Origin: Chloroflexota bacterium
GTDB taxonomy: Bacteria > Chloroflexota > Dehalococcoidia > UBA2979
Length of the DNA: 64,000 bases
Direction: 5' to 3'
Assembly (NCBI GenBank): GCA_009840945.1
Contig: VXMU01000052.1
Coordinates: 6,885 to 70,884, forward strand
Part shown: positions 33,983 through 42,714 of the stretch, piece by piece
How the letters are laid out: each line of letters begins with the position of its first letter
Numbering within the stretch: the stretch's first letter is position 1
Translations under genes and position numbers: made by a program
The notes under the pieces: model-generated
What the model saw: only the letters and a program-made list of their open reading frames with translations
Told to the model about the DNA's origin: nothing
Database searches by the model: none

Positions 33983-35097
33983 CCGCCCTGCTCGCGCGTG
34001 GTGCGGCGGAGGAGGAACAGGAAGTACGGCCCGCCGATGAGCGCCGTCACCACGCCCAGCGGGAGCTCGGCCGGCACCACGATCGTGCGAGCCACGAGGT
34101 CGGCGCCGAGCAGCAAGATCGCACCCCCGAGCGCGCTCGCGGGTAGCAGCACGCGGTGGTCGGGGCCGATCACGATACGCAGCAGGTGGGGCACGACGAG
34201 GCCGACAAAGACCACGATTCCGGCGACCGCAACCCCCGCACCGACGACAAGCGTTGACACCACGATCACGAGTACTCGCACGCGCTCGGTACTCACACCC
34301 AGGTGGAACGCCTCGCGTTCGCCGAGCACGATCAGGTTCATCGCGCGGGCGTGCGGCAGCAGCACCAGGCCGAAGACCGTCATCAACGCCACCGGCAGCA
34401 CCACGCGCCAGGTCGCGCCCGCGAGGCTGCCGAGCGTCCAGAACACGATGCTACGCAACTCTGCGTCGTCGGCCAGGAAGCCGGCGAGGCCGATCAAGCC
34501 CCCTGCAATGGAGTTCATCGCGACGCCGGTCAGGATGAGCGTCACCACCTGCGTCCGGCCGTCGGACCGTGCCAGCCCGTACACCACGAGGGTGAGCAGC
34601 AGCGCGCCGGCGAACGCCGCGAGCGGGAGCGACAGCCAGCCGAGCGGCGCGACCCCGGTGATGATCAGCACGATCGCGCCCAGCGCTCCCCCGCTCGATA
34701 CGCCGATCAGGCCCGGCTCGGCGAGCGGGTTGCGGAAGATCGCCTGCAGCGACGCGCCGGCCATGCCCAGCCCGGCTCCCACGCAGATGGCAAGCACGAT
34801 GCGAGGCATCCGGATGCCCCACACGACCTGCTCGCGCAGCACGTCCACCTCGATGCCCGTGGAAATGCCGACGCGGTTGAGCAAGACGGTCGCCACCTCC
34901 GCCGGTGGGACACGTACGGCGCCGATACCCGCGTTGAGCAGAACCGCGACCACGAGCAGCACGGTGAGCAGCGCGAACGCGGGCGCAGCGCTCGACGCGC
35001 TCGACCCCTCGCCTCGCTGCCAGAGCCGCCACCACGCGCCGCGCGGCACGCCTCTTCGCACGTCTCGAGCTCGCTCGGCGGTCTGGCGTCGGATCAT
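33973..35097 (-). CDS. FecCD-family iron-siderophore/hemin ABC permease (HmuU/BtuC-like)
   Basis: 374 aa, about 10 TM helices, FecCD signature region. Confidence 0.85.
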   Translation of the reverse strand: MIRRQTAERARDVRRGVPRGAWWRLWQRGEGSSASSAAPAFALLTVLLVVAVLLNAGIGAVRVPPAEVATVLLNRVGISTGIEVDVLREQVVWGIRMPRIVLAICVGAGLGMAGASLQAIFRNPLAEPGLIGVSSGGALGAIVLIITGVAPLGWLSLPLAAFAGALLLTLVVYGLARSDGRTQVVTLILTGVAMNSIAGGLIGLAGFLADDAELRSIVFWTLGSLAGATWRVVLPVALMTVFGLVLLPHARAMNLIVLGEREAFHLGVSTERVRVLVIVVSTLVVGAGVAVAGIVVFVGLVVPHLLRIVIGPDHRVLLPASALGGAILLLGADLVARTIVVPAELPLGVVTALIGGPYFLFLLRRTTREQGGWM

Positions 35098-35108
35098 GGA
35101 CGCACGCT

Positions 35109-36224
35109 CTACGGGGATCCCGCGTGGATCGCTGCGATCAGCTCGGCGAGCGCCGCGCCCGAGCGCGGACCGTAGCCGAGCAGATACTGGGCGTCGAAGT
35201 CCACGACGGCGCGGTGGCGTCCTGCTGCCGTCTGGGCCATCCCGGGGATCTCAAGCAGTCCGTCGATGCCTCCCACGGACTCCAGTCCCGTGGTGATCAC
35301 GAGGATCACGTCGGGGTTCGCGGTGACCAGCGCCTCCGGCGTGATCGCCATGAACCCCTGCACGCCCGCCTCGACGCCGACGTCGATCCCGCCCGCGGCC
35401 TCGATGAGCGAGGTGGCTCCGGCGCCGTCGCCGCCGATGAGCTGCGTGTGCGCCCCTCGCAGGTAAATGAACGCGACGCGCGGCTCGGCTTCAGAGCTCG
35501 CGGCGGCCGCGATCGCCTCCTCGATCGCCGCCAACGACTCGGCCGCCAGCCGTTCGCCGCGGAGCGGCACACCCAGCGCCGAGGCGATGCGCGTGATCTT
35601 CTCCTCGATGGTTTCGAGCGTGTTGTAGTCGGGGAGGATGAGCACGGGGATACCCGTGCCTCGGATCTGCTCGATCACCTCGGGCGGTCCGGCGAAGGTG
35701 GTGCCGAGCACCAGCGTGGGCTGGAGCGCGATGATGCCCTCGGCGCTCAGCGCGATCTGCACCCCCACCTCCGGCAGCTCCTGCGCCTCGGGCGGGTAGG
35801 TCGACGTGGCATCCACGCCGACGACGCGGTCGCCCAGCCCGAGTGCGAACACGATCTCGGTGATGGTCCCGTTCAGCACCACCAGCCGCGAGACGTCCTC
35901 GATGACGATCTCGTCGCCGTCGACGTCCGTGACGGTGACGGGCAGCTCCGGCGCCTCCTCGACCGGCGGCTCGGTCGGCGTGGGCGCGGGTGTCGATCTG
36001 GCCGTGGTGGTCGCCCTCGGCGTCGGTGCGGGCGTCGCGGTATCGGTGGCCGCCGCGGCAGGCGTCGGCGTGGGCGTGCTCGGCGCCGTCGGCTCCGCCG
36101 TCGCGGTGCGCTCCGCCGTCGCGACCGCGGACGGGCCGGGCGCGGCGTCGTCCTCGCCCGTGCATGCCGCGGCTGCGAGCGTCACGGCGAGGAGCACCAG
36201 CGCAGCCCGGGCTGCGTGCATCAT
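35109..36224 (-). CDS. Periplasmic-binding lipoprotein of iron-siderophore/hemin ABC transporter (HmuT-like) with a Thr/Pro-rich linker
   Basis: Signal/lipobox MMHAARAALVLLAVTLAAAAC. About 70-aa T/P/A-rich linker. Class III SBP core (VVLNGTITEIVFALGLGDRVVGVD...). Start chosen at the ATG doublet; the upstream 21 codons of the ORF are excluded. Confidence 0.7.
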   Translation of the reverse strand: MMHAARAALVLLAVTLAAAACTGEDDAAPGPSAVATAERTATAEPTAPSTPTPTPAAAATDTATPAPTPRATTTARSTPAPTPTEPPVEEAPELPVTVTDVDGDEIVIEDVSRLVVLNGTITEIVFALGLGDRVVGVDATSTYPPEAQELPEVGVQIALSAEGIIALQPTLVLGTTFAGPPEVIEQIRGTGIPVLILPDYNTLETIEEKITRIASALGVPLRGERLAAESLAAIEEAIAAAASSEAEPRVAFIYLRGAHTQLIGGDGAGATSLIEAAGGIDVGVEAGVQGFMAITPEALVTANPDVILVITTGLESVGGIDGLLEIPGMAQTAAGRHRAVVDFDAQYLLGYGPRSGAALAELIAAIHAGSP

Positions 36225-36406
36225 GCTGCCCACGGATGGCCTTCCGGTCGTGTTCAGCTCGGTGGCGTCCTTCGAGGGTAGGCACACCGCGCCGTGCCGT
36301 TCTCACCATGCGTGCAAGAAATCACGATAAATGGAAGATATGTGTAGACTCGCGACCACGTCATACCGCGACTCGATCACGAAGTCCCACACGCCAGGGA
36401 GGCGCC

Positions 36407-36721
36407 ATGTTCATCGCGATGAACCGGTTCCAGATCGCCGAGGGCCGCGAGGAGGAGTTCGAGCGGAGCTGGCGCGAGCGCGACAGCTACCTGGACGAGG
36501 TGCCGGGCTTCCAGCACTTCGCGCTCCTCAAGGGCGACAACCCCGGCGAGTACATCTCGCACTCCACCTGGGAGTCGCGCGATGCGTTTGTCGCGTGGAC
36601 GCAGTCCGACGTCTTCCGCAAGGCCCACGGCCAGCCCCTCGCGGGCGGCGTGATGCAGGACGCCCCCCACGTCTCGCTCTACGAGGCAATCCTGGTGACG
36701 CCCGGGGACTCGACCGACTGA
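36407..36721 (+). CDS. Heme-degrading monooxygenase (IsdG/MhuD family, ABM domain)
   Basis: MFIAMNRFQIAEG...WESRDAFVAWTQSDVFRKAHG aligns with IsdG MKFMAENRLTLTKG...[27 protein letters not shown] SD. Divergent from the hemin importer. Confidence 0.75.
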   Translation: MFIAMNRFQIAEGREEEFERSWRERDSYLDEVPGFQHFALLKGDNPGEYISHSTWESRDAFVAWTQSDVFRKAHGQPLAGGVMQDAPHVSLYEAILVTPGDSTD

Positions 36722-36737
36722 GCATCCCGGCCCGCCG

Positions 36738-37301
36738 CTAGCGTGAGGACGGCTCCTCGCTCGCGCCCACGCTCGCGAGCCAGCGCTCCGCCTCGCGCGG
36801 GGAGCGCAACCGCACGAACTCGAGGTGGGCGTGCGCGGGGTCGCGCATCGCCGCCTGGAACTCACGGCGGCGACGCCGGAACGTGCGGAGCAGCCACAGC
36901 AGGATCGAGTCCCGGCTCGCGAAGGACATCCGCCAGCTCTCGCGGTTGCCGTGCCACAGCTCCTCGCGCCGCCACGAGCGCGCCATGGTGCGGCGCAGCA
37001 GCCGCCACGCGCACGTCCGGAACGGGTAGTCGAGCCAGACCACGGCTGCCGCCCGCGGCCAGACGACCCGCTGGGTCATCGCCGAATAGTTGCCGTCGAC
37101 GACCCACCCGCCCAATGCCGTTGCGGCCTCGGCTCGTGCGGTGAAGACCTCGTCGGGGACCTCCACCCACTCCTCGGCGAAGTGGAGCGCGTCCAGCTCG
37201 ACGTGAGGGGCGCCGAGGGCGGCTGCGAGCCGCCGCGCGAGCGCGGTCTTGCCCGCGCCGCTGCTGCCCACGACCACGATCCGTCTGCCGATGTCCGTCA
37301 C
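36738..37301 (-). CDS. P-loop NTPase of the adenylate-kinase-like/AAA_17 (topology-modulation FlaR-like) family
   Basis: RIVVVGSSGAGKTALARRLAAALGAPHVELDALHF... Walker A, 187 aa. Confidence 0.6.
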   Translation of the reverse strand: MTDIGRRIVVVGSSGAGKTALARRLAAALGAPHVELDALHFAEEWVEVPDEVFTARAEAATALGGWVVDGNYSAMTQRVVWPRAAAVVWLDYPFRTCAWRLLRRTMARSWRREELWHGNRESWRMSFASRDSILLWLLRTFRRRRREFQAAMRDPAHAHLEFVRLRSPREAERWLASVGASEEPSSR

Positions 37302-37435
37302 GTGCTCCAGCGTCCGCGCGGCCTACACACCTCGGCGCCTCGTGAACGACAACGCCGCCGCGCTCTCGCGCAGCGGCGTCTCGATGGTCGGCGCGGGCCC
37401 TTGCGGGCCGCGCCGCGCTCCTCGTCGGGAGCGAC

Positions 37436-38182
37436 CTACATGTACTGGCCGCCGTTGGGCGAGAGCTGCGCGCCGGTGAAGAAGCCGCCCTCGGTGCAGA
37501 GGAAGCGCACCAGCGCCGCGATCTCCTCCGGCTCCGCGAAGCGGCCGAGGGGGATCTGCGACTTGATGTTGTCCTGAATCTCGTCGGAGAGCGCCGTCAC
37601 CATGTCGGTCGAGACGAAGCCCGGGCACACCGCGTTGACGGTGATGTTGTTGCGCGCGAGCTCCTTCGCGGCGGTCTTCGTGAAGGCGATCATCCCGGCC
37701 TTCGCCGCCGAGTAGTTCGCCTGCCCGACGTTGCCCATCTGGCCGATGATCGAGGACATGTTGATGATCCGGCCGTAGTTCGCCTCGCGCATGTGCGGCA
37801 CCGCCGCGCGCGTGCAGTAGAACATCGACGACAGGTCCGTCTGGATGACCTCGTCCCACTCCTCGACGGAGAGCCGCGCGATGGTGCGGTCGCGGTTCAC
37901 GCCGGCGTTGTTGACGAGGATGTCGATCTTGCCGAGTTCCTCGACGGCAGTTTCGACCACGTCCGAGGCCTCGTCGGCGTCGGCCACGTTGGCCTTGACG
38001 AGTACGACGGTCCCGCCGAACTCGTGGATCATGTCGCGCGTCGCCTCGGCCGCGTCGGCGTTCGACACGTAGTTGACGATCACCGACGCGCCCTCGCGCG
38101 CCAGCTCGATCGCGCACGCGCGCCCGATGCCGCGGCCGCCGCCGGTCACCACCGCCACCTGTCCCTCGAGTGCTCCAGCCAT
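37436..38182 (-). CDS. fabG: 3-oxoacyl-[acyl-carrier-protein] reductase (SDR family)
   Basis: TGGGRGIGRA, NNAG, and S...YSAAKAG catalytic motifs. 248 aa. Confidence 0.85.
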   Translation of the reverse strand: MAGALEGQVAVVTGGGRGIGRACAIELAREGASVIVNYVSNADAAEATRDMIHEFGGTVVLVKANVADADEASDVVETAVEELGKIDILVNNAGVNRDRTIARLSVEEWDEVIQTDLSSMFYCTRAAVPHMREANYGRIINMSSIIGQMGNVGQANYSAAKAGMIAFTKTAAKELARNNITVNAVCPGFVSTDMVTALSDEIQDNIKSQIPLGRFAEPEEIAALVRFLCTEGGFFTGAQLSPNGGQYM

Positions 38183-38317
38183 CTCCGCCTCCCTGTGGTG
38201 GGCTCATGTTCTGCGCCGCATCGTGACCGTGCGGCGGCGAGGGCGCAAGCCTGTCCGGTCCGGCCCGTCCCCGCGCGCGGGTGAGCCTGCTCAAGCGTGC
38301 GACGAGGCCTCGGCGTG

Positions 38318-38380
38318 CGCAGACCCCCTCACCCTCGCCCTCTCCTCCGCAGACGGAGGAGAGGGGATCAGAACCAGAAG
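38318..38380. repeat. B-type REP/MITE-like hairpin repeat
   Basis: gcgcagaccccctcaccctcgccctctcctccgcagacggaggagaggggatcagaacc has a perfect 11-bp stem CCCTCTCCTCC/GGAGGAGAGGG and is homologous to 7123-7187. Lies between the 3' end of the mutase gene and the 5' end of fabG. Confidence 0.7.
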
Positions 38381-38405
38381 GGGGCGCGGGTGAAGCGCTT
38401 GCTGG

Positions 38406-40082
38406 CTAGACGACCGTCGGTGGGGTGTACTCGCCCCACTCCTCGCGCAGCACGTCGCACATCTCGCCGAGGGTGGCGTAGCTGCGCACCGCGTCGAGGA
38501 TCGGCTCCATCATCGAGTCGTCGCCGCGCGCGGCCTCGCGCAGACCGACCAGCGCCGTGTCCACGGCGCCCTGGTCGCGCTCCGACCTCACGCGCGCGAG
38601 GCGCTCGAGCTGGGCGTCGATGACCGCCGTGTTCGGGCGGAAGATCGGCGTCGCGTCCTCGTCCTGGTCGACGTACTGGTTGACGCCCACGACCACGCGC
38701 TCGCCGTTCTCGATCTCGTGCTGGTAGGCGACCGAGGCCTCCTGGATCTCGGACTGCACGTACCCGCTCTCGACCGCCGCGACCGCCCCGCCGATGTCCT
38801 CGACGCGGTCGATGATCGCCTGCGCGGCCTCCTCGAGCTGGTTCGTGAGCGACTCGACGTAATACGAGCCGGCGAGCGGGTCGATGGTGTCGGCCGCGCC
38901 GGTCTCGTGGGCGATGATCTGCTGCGACCGCAGCGCGAGCTGCTGCGCCTCCTCGGTCGGCAGCGCCAGCGCCTCGTCGTAGCACGACAGCGCGAGCGAC
39001 TGCACACCGCCGACGACGGCCGCGAGGGCCTGGATCGCCGAGCGGGTGAGGTTGTTGAGCGGCTGCTGCGCGGTCAGCGTGGAGCCGCCGGTCTGCGTGT
39101 GCGTGCGGAACATCATCGCGTTCGGGTTGGTCGCGCCGTAGCGCTCCTTCATCGAGCGCGCCCACATGCGCCGCAGCGCACGGAACTTGGCGACCTCCTC
39201 GAAGAAGTAGTTGTGCGTGTTGAAGATCCACGACACCCGCGGCGCCACGTCGTCAACCGACGCGCCCTGCTCCAGGCAGCGGTCGAGGTAGGCGAAGGCG
39301 TTGGAGAACGCGAACGCGACCTCCTGCGCCGCAGTCGAGCCCGCCTCACGGATGTGGTACCCGGAGACGGAGATCGAGTTGAAGCGCGGCGACTCCTGCG
39401 CGCAGTAGTTGATGAGGTCGGCCGCCAGCCGCACCGAGGGCCCAGGCGGGAAGATGTACGTGCCACGAGCGACGTACTCCTTGAGCACGTCGTTCTGCGC
39501 GGTCCCCATGATCACGTTCGGCGGGTGCCCCTGCTTCTCGGCGGCGACGATGTACATCGCCACGAGGATCGGCGCCGGCGCGTTGATCGTCATCGAGGTC
39601 GAGATCCCGTCCAGCGGGATGTCCTCGAACAGCGTCTCCATGTCGGCGAGGCTGTCGATGGCGACGCCCACCTGCCCGACCTCGCCGGCCGCCATCGGGT
39701 GGTCCGAGTCGTAGCCGGTCTGCGTCGGGAGGTCGAACGCCGTGGAGAGCCCTGTCTGGCCGTTGGCCAGCAGCTCACGGAAGCGCTCGTTGGTCTCCTC
39801 GGGCGTCCCGAAGCCGGCGTACTGGCGCATGGTCCACAGCCGCCCGCGGTACATCGTCGGCTGCACGCCGCGCGTGAACGGGTACTGGCCCGGGAAGCCG
39901 ATGTCCTCGAGGTAGTCGACACCCTCGACGTCGAGCGGGGTGTAGAAGCGCTGGGCTTCGGCCGAGGAGGTCTCGAACGTCTGCCGGCGCTCGGGGAAGC
40001 GGCCCAGCACCTTGGCCAGCGGGCCGCCTTCCCACGTGCCCTGCGCGTCCTGGATCGCCGTCGCTTCTTCCGGCTTCATCAT
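38406..40082 (-). CDS. Acyl-CoA mutase large subunit, catalytic (beta/alpha)8 domain only (methylmalonyl-/isobutyryl-CoA mutase family, split type)
   Basis: 558 aa with full-length similarity to the MCM substrate-binding barrel. No C-terminal B12-binding DxHxxG domain, so the cobalamin-binding subunit must be encoded elsewhere. Confidence 0.85.
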   Translation of the reverse strand: MMKPEEATAIQDAQGTWEGGPLAKVLGRFPERRQTFETSSAEAQRFYTPLDVEGVDYLEDIGFPGQYPFTRGVQPTMYRGRLWTMRQYAGFGTPEETNERFRELLANGQTGLSTAFDLPTQTGYDSDHPMAAGEVGQVGVAIDSLADMETLFEDIPLDGISTSMTINAPAPILVAMYIVAAEKQGHPPNVIMGTAQNDVLKEYVARGTYIFPPGPSVRLAADLINYCAQESPRFNSISVSGYHIREAGSTAAQEVAFAFSNAFAYLDRCLEQGASVDDVAPRVSWIFNTHNYFFEEVAKFRALRRMWARSMKERYGATNPNAMMFRTHTQTGGSTLTAQQPLNNLTRSAIQALAAVVGGVQSLALSCYDEALALPTEEAQQLALRSQQIIAHETGAADTIDPLAGSYYVESLTNQLEEAAQAIIDRVEDIGGAVAAVESGYVQSEIQEASVAYQHEIENGERVVVGVNQYVDQDEDATPIFRPNTAVIDAQLERLARVRSERDQGAVDTALVGLREAARGDDSMMEPILDAVRSYATLGEMCDVLREEWGEYTPPTVV

Positions 40083-40127
40083 GGTTCTGCTCCTCGGACC
40101 CTGGCGTCTGCTCCGATGCTGCCGTGG

Positions 40128-40550
40128 CTAGCGCAGCTCGTCGATCATGACGAGCGCGTCGCCGCGGATCACCTCGGTGCCATCCTGGTTCGTGACGTTG
40201 GTGTTGAGCGAGACCTGGTTGCGCTCGGTGTTGACGGCCGTGGCCTCGACGTTCGCGGTGAGCGTGTCGCCGGGCGAGACGGGGGCGCGGAACTGGAGGT
40301 TCTGCCCCAGGTAGATCACGACCGCGTCCGGCGCGAGCCGGGTGCCGAGGGCCGCCGAAATCACACCCGCGGCGAGGATGCCGTGGGCGATCGGCGCGCG
40401 GAAGCGCGTGCGCGCCGCGTACTCGGCGTCACTGTGCAGCGGGTTCGTGTCGCCGGAGACCTGGGTGAACATCGAGATGTCCTCCTCGGTCACGGTCTTC
40501 TCGAAGCTCACCGTCGTGCCGACGGTCACGCCCTGGACGTCATCAGCCAT
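40128..40550 (-). CDS. MaoC-like (R)-specific enoyl-CoA hydratase (PhaJ-like hotdog)
   Basis: ...FTQVSGDTNPLHSDAEYAARTRFRAPIAHGIL... hydratase 2 motif. About 140 aa. Start at the ATG doublet (40550 or 40556). Confidence 0.75.
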   Translation of the reverse strand: MADDVQGVTVGTTVSFEKTVTEEDISMFTQVSGDTNPLHSDAEYAARTRFRAPIAHGILAAGVISAALGTRLAPDAVVIYLGQNLQFRAPVSPGDTLTANVEATAVNTERNQVSLNTNVTNQDGTEVIRGDALVMIDELR

Positions 40551-40956
40551 CGTCATCCCCTCGCCTGGCGCGCCCGGCGGGCGCGTGTACTCCTCGCATG
40601 CCGCGAAGTCGCGATGAGCATAGCCGGAATCGCGCGAACGCGGCACGCCTTGGGCCAGCGCATCAGTGTGCGCTACTCGGCGTCGCCGCGACGACTAGCC
40701 GGCGAACTGGAGCATGCCGCCGACAACGGCGGCTATTGCGAGCGTCTGGATCAGGAGGGCACGGTACAGATCGCCACGCGTGACGAGGTTGCTCGTCCGC
40801 TCACCGAGCGTTGCAATTCGAGGCTCGTGCGTTTGCTCAGCCACGTCTTGCGCCCTGCCTCAATGGTTGCATTCTAGGTCGAGCCCGCTGGATTGACGGC
40901 CCGCAAGCGTATTCCGCAGCATTTAACCGTTGATTACGAATAAATGCGAAAAAAGA

Positions 40957-40984
40957 TTGACCCAGCCCGCCGACCGGCGATAAT
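40957..40984 (+). promoter_or_regulatory. Putative sigma-70 promoter of the suf operon (TTGACC-N16-GATAAT)
   Basis: TTGACC 40957-40962 and GATAAT 40979-40984 in an unusually AT-rich stretch about 135 nt upstream of sufR. An inverted repeat GCATTTA-N15-TAAATGC lies at 40919-40947. Confidence 0.45.
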
Positions 40985-41119
40985 GGACACACGGACCACG
41001 CACCCCCGACCGGGGACGCGTGACCGGTTCCCAGGCGGGGAAGCCGAGCCGGAAAGCATCAGCGGTACCCCTTGCGCCGACGCGCGAGGCGAGCGTACGC
41101 GGTGCGGCTGAAGGGGCGC

Positions 41120-41875
41120 ATGGAGCGCGCACGCGACGAACTGATCCGTATCCTCCACGAGCGCGGCGACAGCTCCGTCGCCGGCCTCGCCGAGGCCATG
41201 GGCATGTCCCAGGGCTCCGTGCGCCGCCACCTCGACATCCTCGGCGCCGACGGGCTGATCGAGACCCGCCAGGAGCGCCGCCCGCGCGGCCGCCCCCTCA
41301 CCGTCTACTCGCTGAGCGAGGCCGGCGAGGAACGCTCGTCCGCGGCCAACTACCAGCGCCTGCTGGACCACGTCTACCCCGCCCTCACCGACCTCGCCGC
41401 CGATGAGGTGTCGGGGCAGCCCGGCGCCGCGATCCTGTGGCGCATCTTCGAGTCCGTCGCGGAGCGCGTCGCCACCGAGCAGGCCCCATTCGTGCGCAGC
41501 GACGAGCTGCCGAACCGCATCACCGAGGTCGTCTCCGCCATGAGCGAGGTCGGCGTCCTGCACGACGCCGTCGACGAGGGTGACGCCTTCCGGCTCAGCA
41601 ACGTCGGCTGCCCGTGCCGCTCGACGGCCCTCGAGACGGACGCCGCCTGCGAGGCGGACCGCTACAGCATCGAGTTGCTCGTGGGCGCGCCGGTCGAGCA
41701 GGTCGCGACCATCGCGGGCGGGTCGGCGTGCTGCGAGTACATCGTGAGAAAGCCCGCGGACGGCGACGCCGCCCGCGGCTCATCGGTCCCGGCGTTTGGC
41801 GCGCCGGCGCCACCATCACCAGGCAGAAGGCCAGGTCAAGAGCCATCGAGCCGAGCGAGAGTGGAGTTGCTGTGA
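41120..41875 (+). CDS. sufR: SUF system transcriptional repressor SufR (winged-helix N-terminus, Cys-rich C-terminus)
   Basis: N-terminal wHTH (LIRILHERGDSSVAGLAEAMGMSQGSVRRHLDIL), C-terminal cysteines (VGCPCRST...C...CC). Stop overlaps the sufC start. First gene of the suf operon. Confidence 0.75.
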   Translation: MERARDELIRILHERGDSSVAGLAEAMGMSQGSVRRHLDILGADGLIETRQERRPRGRPLTVYSLSEAGEERSSAANYQRLLDHVYPALTDLAADEVSGQPGAAILWRIFESVAERVATEQAPFVRSDELPNRITEVVSAMSEVGVLHDAVDEGDAFRLSNVGCPCRSTALETDAACEADRYSIELLVGAPVEQVATIAGGSACCEYIVRKPADGDAARGSSVPAFGAPAPPSPGRRPGQEPSSRARVELL

Positions 41876-42675
41876 GCGCAGTGAACGGGCAGGAGTCGGC
41901 GCAGCCGCTGCTGGAGGTCCGCGACCTCCGCGTGAGCGTGGCCGCGGACCCGGAGATTGAGATCGTCAAGGGCGTCGACCTCGCGGTGCGGCCCGGCGAA
42001 GTGCATGCATTGATGGGGCCGAACGGCTCGGGCAAGAGCACGCTCGCCAACGCCATCGCGGGCAGCCCCGAGTACGTCATCGACAGCGGCGAGGTGCACT
42101 TCCAGGGCGAGGACGTGACGGCGCTCACCGCCGACGCGCGCGCGCGCATGGGCATGTTCCTCTCGTTCCAGTACCCCACCCCCATCCCGGGTGTGACGAT
42201 GGTGAACCTGCTGCGCATGGCCATGAAGGCCCGCAGCGGCGAGGAGCCCCCGGCGCGCGAGTTCCTGCAGCAGCTCCGCGAGGTGCTCAAGACGCTCCGC
42301 ATCGACGAGGACTTCGCCCGCCGTTACGTCAACGACGGCTTCTCCGGCGGCGAGAAGAAGCGCGCCGAGATCCTCCAGCTCGGCATGCTCAAGCCGCAGC
42401 TCGCGATCCTGGACGAGACCGACTCCGGCCTCGACGTGGACGCGCTGCGCACCGTCGCCGAGGGCGTGAGCGCGCTCCACAACCCGGAGATGGGCATCCT
42501 GCTCATCACCCACTACCAGCGCATCCTCAACTACATCACGCCGGACTTCGTGCACGTGCTGGTCGACGGCCGCATCGTCCGCTCCGGCGGCGCCGACCTC
42601 GCACACCGCATCGAGGCCGACGGCTACGACCCCATCCTGCAAGAGCTCGGCCAACCCGCCGGGGCGGCCACCTAG
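41872..42675 (+). CDS. sufC: Fe-S cluster assembly ATPase SufC
   Basis: Walker A GPNGSGKST, signature FSGGEKKR, Walker B AILDETDSGLD, H-loop ITHY. Confidence 0.9.
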   Translation: MSAVNGQESAQPLLEVRDLRVSVAADPEIEIVKGVDLAVRPGEVHALMGPNGSGKSTLANAIAGSPEYVIDSGEVHFQGEDVTALTADARARMGMFLSFQYPTPIPGVTMVNLLRMAMKARSGEEPPAREFLQQLREVLKTLRIDEDFARRYVNDGFSGGEKKRAEILQLGMLKPQLAILDETDSGLDVDALRTVAEGVSALHNPEMGILLITHYQRILNYITPDFVHVLVDGRIVRSGGADLAHRIEADGYDPILQELGQPAGAAT

Positions 42676-42714
42676 GCCAGCGACGCAACTAGCGAACGAA
42701 GCGAGGGGCCAACG

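Noticed and set aside
35900-36150. ACC/CCG-rich repetitive DNA
   Set aside because: It encodes the Thr/Pro/Ala-rich linker of the HmuT-like lipoprotein. It is a coding low-complexity region, not a non-coding repeat.
40697-40849. 50-codon minus-strand ORF (VAEQTHEPRIATLGERTSNLVTRGDLYRALLIQTLAIAAVVGGMLQFAG) between the MaoC gene and the suf promoter
   Set aside because: GTG start without a convincing SD and no recognisable family. It lies in a promoter region where spurious short ORFs are common. Not called.
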